In this document: positions 59,560 through 64,000 of the stretch, one piece after another
Layout of the letters: every line of letters begins with the position of its first letter
Position numbering within the stretch: position 1 is the first letter of the stretch
Source of the DNA: a virus
Lineage: Duplodnaviria; Heunggongvirae; Uroviricota; Caudoviricetes
Virus record (IMG/VR): IMGVR_UViG_2861079508_000001
Direction: 5' to 3' (one strand)
Length of the DNA stretch: 64,000 nt
Translations under genes and position numbers: made by a program
Notes under the pieces: generated by a model
Told to the model about the DNA's origin: nothing
Seen by the model: the letters and a program-made list of their open reading frames with translations, nothing else
The model's database searches: none

Positions 59560-61465
59560 AGCTGCGCCCCTCTTTAACTTCCAGCGTAATAGTTTCCCGG
59601 AACCATGACTTCATCTCTTTATGGGAGATAATCAGCACAGTACCTCGCTCGCGAGCTTTGGACTCCAGAATACCCATGAGGCGTTCAAGACCGGCTGTAT
59701 CGAGTGCATCGTCAATTTCGTCGCCGATAAACAAATCGATGTTTTTACTCGCCCGGTTACTAACCAGATCCTGCAATGCCAAAGAACACGCAATGCGAAC
59801 CTTCCGCTTCTCACCACCAGAGAGGGTTTGGAACGACTTACTTGAACCTTTCTTCTGCACACTAATGTTGAATTTGTCGCGATACTCACCTTTTTTAGTG
59901 ACATCCATCGTCGACCACTCAGCAGTAATATTCCCGTCAGACAACGTATTGAGATACTCGGCAGTGCGTGTATTCAGGAAAGGCGTAACAGACGTCAAAA
60001 TATGAGAACGCACCCCGGCAGGAGAGTAGACCTGACGAGCTTTTTCCAATAGCAACGTTTGTTCCTGAATAGCCTTCAACTCATCTTTTAAGGACTTGAA
60101 GGTAGACTTACTGGATACCAGGTTATCTTCGTGTCTGGCGATAAGAGCAATAAACGGATTAATCTCTTTTGATATACGATCGACCTCAGTACGAGCACGA
60201 GTCACAAGAGACTCAATAGCAACAACCTCCTTCTCACGATGACGCAAAGATGAGAGTTGTTTCGTAAGCTCTTCAATCCGGGCAATGATAGCCGTTACAT
60301 CAGGTGTCGTTTTAACAAGGGCAGACTCAATGCTTAACGCTTTCTCAAGATTCGTTTTGTGTTTAGCCATTGCCTCTGCAAGTGTCTTCGCCTGACCAAT
60401 TTCCTGACGTGCTTGTTCAATGAAATTCTCCTTCACCGTTGATAGATCTTCTTCGCAGTAGGCTTTGCCACAAGTAGGGCATGGTGATCCCACTTTAGTA
60501 CCAACCTCTTCTGCTTTGGTCTTAAAATTACGCGCGCGGCTCATTGCATCAGCCTGACTATTTTCTGTAGCTTTGATGCTTGCCCGAATATCAGTTATCG
60601 CACCACGAACTTTGAGCAACTTGGCGTCATGTTCTTCTTTTGAGGCTAACTTTTTGCGCTCACTTTCGATTGCCTTCTCGGTATCACGGCTCTGTTCGGG
60701 AAGAGTGCGGATCTCAAGTTCAACTTCCGTTAACTCAACTTCGGCACTGGCCAGCCCAGCCAGGGCATCGTCATAACGTTTAGAACGCTCTTGCTCCCAT
60801 GATTCAGAGGAGGCTTTCGCTGACTCAATTTCTGACTGTGTTGCCTCAATGGTCGAGATTGTCGACTCCAATTTGGTTTTAACCACATCCATACGTGCGG
60901 CAGCTGCATTAGCTCGCTCACGAGCAATAGCGTAGGCGCGTGTCAGTCTGTCAACGCCAGCGGCTTCTTCTACGATGGTTTTGAGGTTTTTGTCGGACAT
61001 TCCAGGTAAATCTGGCATAGCTTCTTGGCTCGCATAGATGGAAGCCATGAAAACCTCTTTAGATGCACCGATCAGACGCTCGACGAACTCTTGCGTCAGC
61101 GCATCTTTGCCTTTCGTCATATCGCCGTCTTCACCACGAACGATAAGCCGATTTTTGAACTCTTTGTGTTTACGGTGACGAATGATCGCATATCTCTTGC
61201 CTTCATCCTCGATGGTTACTGCAACACGACAGTTCTTTTCATGGTCGGTAGACAACACATCGTCCCCCTTCACACCATGAGCTGTTTCGCCATAAAGACA
61301 CCACATCAGGCTATTCATTAGCGTTGACTTTCCAGAGCCATTACTTGATGCGGAACTATCATCACTATTAACACCCTGAATGAGCACTAAACCACGCTGA
61401 TCTAACTCGACCTCCGCGCTGGCGATAGCCATAAAATTCTCAACCTGGAGCTTTAAAAACTTCAT
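59549..61465 (-). CDS. SbcC/Rad50-like ATPase
   Basis: Walker A NGSGKST, long coiled coil with zinc-hook CPTC, signature LSGGEKRK, Walker B FIGDEID. Confidence 0.75.
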   Translation of the reverse strand: MKFLKLQVENFMAIASAEVELDQRGLVLIQGVNSDDSSASSNGSGKSTLMNSLMWCLYGETAHGVKGDDVLSTDHEKNCRVAVTIEDEGKRYAIIRHRKHKEFKNRLIVRGEDGDMTKGKDALTQEFVERLIGASKEVFMASIYASQEAMPDLPGMSDKNLKTIVEEAAGVDRLTRAYAIARERANAAAARMDVVKTKLESTISTIEATQSEIESAKASSESWEQERSKRYDDALAGLASAEVELTEVELEIRTLPEQSRDTEKAIESERKKLASKEEHDAKLLKVRGAITDIRASIKATENSQADAMSRARNFKTKAEEVGTKVGSPCPTCGKAYCEEDLSTVKENFIEQARQEIGQAKTLAEAMAKHKTNLEKALSIESALVKTTPDVTAIIARIEELTKQLSSLRHREKEVVAIESLVTRARTEVDRISKEINPFIALIARHEDNLVSSKSTFKSLKDELKAIQEQTLLLEKARQVYSPAGVRSHILTSVTPFLNTRTAEYLNTLSDGNITAEWSTMDVTKKGEYRDKFNISVQKKGSSKSFQTLSGGEKRKVRIACSLALQDLVSNRASKNIDLFIGDEIDDALDTAGLERLMGILESKARERGTVLIISHKEMKSWFRETITLEVKEGRSYVV

Positions 61466-61740
61466 ATAACACCTTTGATACCGTGTGTTAGCTTTTGACC
61501 TTCTTTCAATCTGAACTCCGTATGCGCCGGGAAGGATCTGCGCCTCAATACGCCTTTTCTGGTTAACCTTCCAAGATAAAACGCTACGGGATTTCCTTGT
61601 GGCGGGTAGGGCTTGTGAAACATCACCGTCTGGCCTCGTTCAAGTCTTTTCATCGTGATGGCAAAGTCTCGAAAGCTCCCATAACGACTTTGCCTCACAC
61701 AGCCTCCGAACTCTCCGCTTCGGTGAGGATTTCCTGACAC
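61462..61740 (-). CDS. hypothetical small basic protein in the SbcD-SbcC gap
   Basis: ORF track only; overlaps both neighbours. Confidence 0.2.
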   Translation of the reverse strand: MSGNPHRSGEFGGCVRQSRYGSFRDFAITMKRLERGQTVMFHKPYPPQGNPVAFYLGRLTRKGVLRRRSFPAHTEFRLKEGQKLTHGIKGVI

Positions 61741-62780
61741 AAAATATCCAACTTGCTCAGATCAAATCCGCCGTCAGTATCGTGGACAATCTTGCAATAA
61801 GCAGATACCGACTCTCCCAGGCTATCGATTTTGCTGGTTTCCGTTGTGCTTGCTGTCCCTTCCATCATTGATGACTTACGGATGAAGTTGCACACGACAC
61901 CTTTTGCACCCATTGTTTTGAGGATGTTCTGGTACTTAATGCCTTCTTCATCGTTCTCAATTACGGCGCGGAAACGCACGTAGTTGCCGCGAATTTGGTC
62001 ATCGGCAACATAATCTTCCAGGTTAATGAATTTAGGCGCACTGGTTTCGTAGTGACTGAAACTGCCGTCCGGGTTTACGATCATGTAACCAGCCAGAGAT
62101 CCAACATCTCCCCAATTTTGATGGGTCAGCGCACCGACACTGATAACTCCAGGAATGACCTCTTTGTGGTTGTGGTAATGCCCACTAAGCACGAGACGAA
62201 AGCCGATATCCTTTAACTCCTGCGCATCGATACCGACGTCAGGCATTGTTGGAATGGCTTTGTTAATGGATGTATGGATAACAACGTCATGGTTATCACC
62301 TTCTACGCTCTTACGTAATGCTTTCAGATCGCTGATAAGCTCCGCATGATTGTTACGCCAGCTAATCAGGTGGACAGTCACATCACCAATTTTTATTGAG
62401 TGTGGGCGCTTGCCACATACGATTACCACGCCGATAGAACTCAGCGATGCTGCTGCGTTGGCGCTATATACTGAATCGTTGGTTTCAAGATCGTGATTAC
62501 CGGCCAGCATTACTACTGTCAGATCAAGCTCGTTGATAATCCACTTGTACGTTTCAGTTACGTAATGCAAAACAGAAGGGGACACAGTTCCTCGGACGTG
62601 AAATGTATCACCGGCAACCAACATGTACTTACAACCGGCCTTCTTCATGGCGATGGCTGCTTCTTTCGTTGCTTCCAACTGTATTTCAAGTCTGGAGTTA
62701 AGCCCCTCTGCGTTCGTCGTGGAGAACGCATCCCATTTGTGGTAGTGGCAGTCAGAAATGACGCCGTATGGCAAAGTCAT
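61695..62780 (-). CDS. SbcD/Mre11-like nuclease
   Basis: Phosphoesterase motifs DCHYH, GDTFH, GNHD. Confidence 0.75.
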   Translation of the reverse strand: MTLPYGVISDCHYHKWDAFSTTNAEGLNSRLEIQLEATKEAAIAMKKAGCKYMLVAGDTFHVRGTVSPSVLHYVTETYKWIINELDLTVVMLAGNHDLETNDSVYSANAAASLSSIGVVIVCGKRPHSIKIGDVTVHLISWRNNHAELISDLKALRKSVEGDNHDVVIHTSINKAIPTMPDVGIDAQELKDIGFRLVLSGHYHNHKEVIPGVISVGALTHQNWGDVGSLAGYMIVNPDGSFSHYETSAPKFINLEDYVADDQIRGNYVRFRAVIENDEEGIKYQNILKTMGAKGVVCNFIRKSSMMEGTASTTETSKIDSLGESVSAYCKIVHDTDGGFDLSKLDILCQEILTEAESSEAV

Positions 62781-62882
62781 GTGTTTTTCCTTTGTGGTTA
62801 TTTTGATACAAATTTTAAGAGCAATGAGAAGGTAAACAACTATGCATAACGGTATGTTAGGAATGAAACGAGCGTCTTAATA

Positions 62883-62912
62883 TACAAAACTTATAAGTAA
62901 GTATATACCTAT
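62883..62912. promoter_or_regulatory. palindromic motif ATAAGTAAGTATATACCTAT upstream of SbcD-like gene
   Basis: member of TAAGTA-N-TACTTA family. Confidence 0.4.
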
Positions 62913-63034
62913 TTATTGTGGCGCAACTTTGCTTGTCTGTATGACTAAAAATAAGACAGGATCACTGTAGAACGCTATGAGAGCTATTTTGAGGAGGCGT
63001 AGATTCTATCTACGCCAATATACGATCTGGAGGG

Positions 63035-63679
63035 TTACAGCGCGTCAGTGGGCTTTTTACGCGCTGCGTTTATGCTTATGACGCCAGCTTTTGGACGTGG
63101 GTCAACAAGGTTAAGCTCTTCTTCGCTGTGGTATTCGAGGTCGAACTCACGTTTTACATGTCTGATGTAGATTGCGGTGAGCAGGCTATCTTTGGTCAGA
63201 AAGTGTCCGTAGGATTTGCGGATCACTTCTTCTACCTTCTCGATTTTCTCACCACCCATACAGAGATGATTAAACCGGCTGTGTTTCCGCAACATTTCGT
63301 CTACTGGGCCTGAGTAAACCTTGTCTACTTTCCCAAAACGGATGATTTTCCCTGTGTCTGCGGATACGAGGCAAATCAGCTTGTCTGGTGATAAACGATC
63401 TCGCCACGTCACACCTGAACGGAGTGTGTTGAAGTAGGGAGCATCCAATCCGATGATCGGTTTACGAAATGCGAGTAATGGAACGTACCTGATGCAACTG
63501 TTTAAATGAAAATTCACACCAGCCTTATCAAGTTTAATTCTGGTTTCGTAGATCGGGCACTTCGCCGCTATACCGCAGATGTCACAAAGCAACTTCTGCT
63601 TATTCAGGTTGGAATTTGATTCGATAGTGTAGGAGCCGTCTTCAAGACGACGAACCCAGCGCGTGCGTTTTAGATCCAT
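63035..63679 (-). CDS. hypothetical protein with Cys cluster (CDICGIAAKC)
   Basis: 214 aa ORF adjacent to candidate origin repeats. Confidence 0.45.
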   Translation of the reverse strand: MDLKRTRWVRRLEDGSYTIESNSNLNKQKLLCDICGIAAKCPIYETRIKLDKAGVNFHLNSCIRYVPLLAFRKPIIGLDAPYFNTLRSGVTWRDRLSPDKLICLVSADTGKIIRFGKVDKVYSGPVDEMLRKHSRFNHLCMGGEKIEKVEEVIRKSYGHFLTKDSLLTAIYIRHVKREFDLEYHSEEELNLVDPRPKAGVISINAARKKPTDAL

Positions 63680-63776
63680 ATGTCATTTTTCTGTGATTGT
63701 TAGCCGAGGCAACGATAACCCACCAGGTGCGCCGAAGGTAGTAAATGCCTGTTTTAATTATTCACATATCCACAGG

Positions 63777-63833
63777 ATAGATCCTAATAAAGAGATCCAT
63801 AGATAGATCCTTATATAGATCAAATAAGATCCC
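63777..63833. repeat. five (T/G)AGATC(C/A) heptamers at about 11-12 bp spacing (GATC cluster)
   Basis: Direct repeats read from sequence. Confidence 0.6.
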
Positions 63834-63879
63834 CGATCGCTGTAAGCCGCGCCACGACTGGTCTGAAGTCATGTTCATG

Positions 63880-63980
63880 TATGCTGTCAGCGGTAATTGA
63901 TAGTCTGTCAGCGGTTCACCGTATGCTGCCAACTGTTTTTGGTATTCTGTCAGCGGCAAATCAAGTATGCTGTCAGCGGT
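63880..63980. repeat. four to five TGCTGTCAGCGG-like iterons at about 20-bp spacing
   Basis: Direct repeats read from sequence at the window end. Confidence 0.6.
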
Positions 63981-64000
63981 TGAATGACAAAGGTGTCCAC

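Noticed and set aside
1-64000. Ordinary temperate prophage interpretation
   Set aside because: No integrase, CI/Cro-type repressor, att-like tRNA target or excisionase found; gene content (NrdAB, ThyA, DHFR, dNMP kinase, SbcCD, RNase H) is typical of virulent phages. The IS and host insert are better explained as secondary events or assembly issues.
1-64000. tRNA or tmRNA genes in non-coding regions
   Set aside because: No cloverleaf-compatible sequence with a T-loop GTTC box recognised by eye in the ORF-free regions (47139-47636, 35620-36580, 31760-32240); needs tRNAscan to confirm.

Overview
The window reads as one virulent-type siphovirus genome segment (lambda-like tail tip, HK97-like head), almost entirely on the minus strand, carrying two foreign insertions. 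CDS coordinates follow the supplied ORF track; features read directly from the sequence are approximate (+/-2 bp) because my base counts disagree with the track by one base at a few line junctions. Left to right: a J-like tail fibre gene with about 75-bp tandem repeats (124-4842); I/K/L/M-like tail tip genes (4854-7338); a tape measure gene of about 1530 codons split by an IS629-like IS3-family element (about 11120-12429, flanked by CGA on both sides); tail chaperones; an Ig-domain major tail protein; head-tail genes; an Ig-domain decoration candidate; major capsid; scaffold; portal; terminase large and small subunits (to 23695). An accessory region follows (23.9-37.5 kb): HTH, GNAT-like, ABC ATPase and two ParB-like genes; a divergent plus-strand block (SF2 helicase, lipoprotein, secreted proteins, an AT-rich three-gene cassette); small minus-strand ORFs; and a roughly 1 kb ORF-free GT-skewed repeat region. 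At about 37.6-41.2 kb sits an enterobacterial chromosomal segment with intact metG and apbC (mrp) and their intergenic region, apparently inserted into a phage palindromic motif with a 7-bp direct repeat. The right third (41.3-63.7 kb) is a nucleotide-metabolism and recombination block: two N6-adenine methyltransferases, a TerB-like protein, RNase H, a DEDD exonuclease, dNMP kinase, DHFR, a thymidylate synthase with an insertion, a MazG-like NTPase, class Ia ribonucleotide reductase NrdAB, a RuvC-like resolvase and SbcCD-like nuclease, ending in a GATC-heptamer plus iteron array (candidate origin). Two recurring palindromic motif families, a long hairpin element in two copies and several intrinsic terminators are visible. 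I found no integrase, repressor, tRNA or CRISPR array. The strongest candidates for an undescribed system are the ParB/ABC-ATPase/GNAT cassette, the AT-rich three-gene cassette and the GT-skewed repeat region, none of which I can assign a function from sequence alone.
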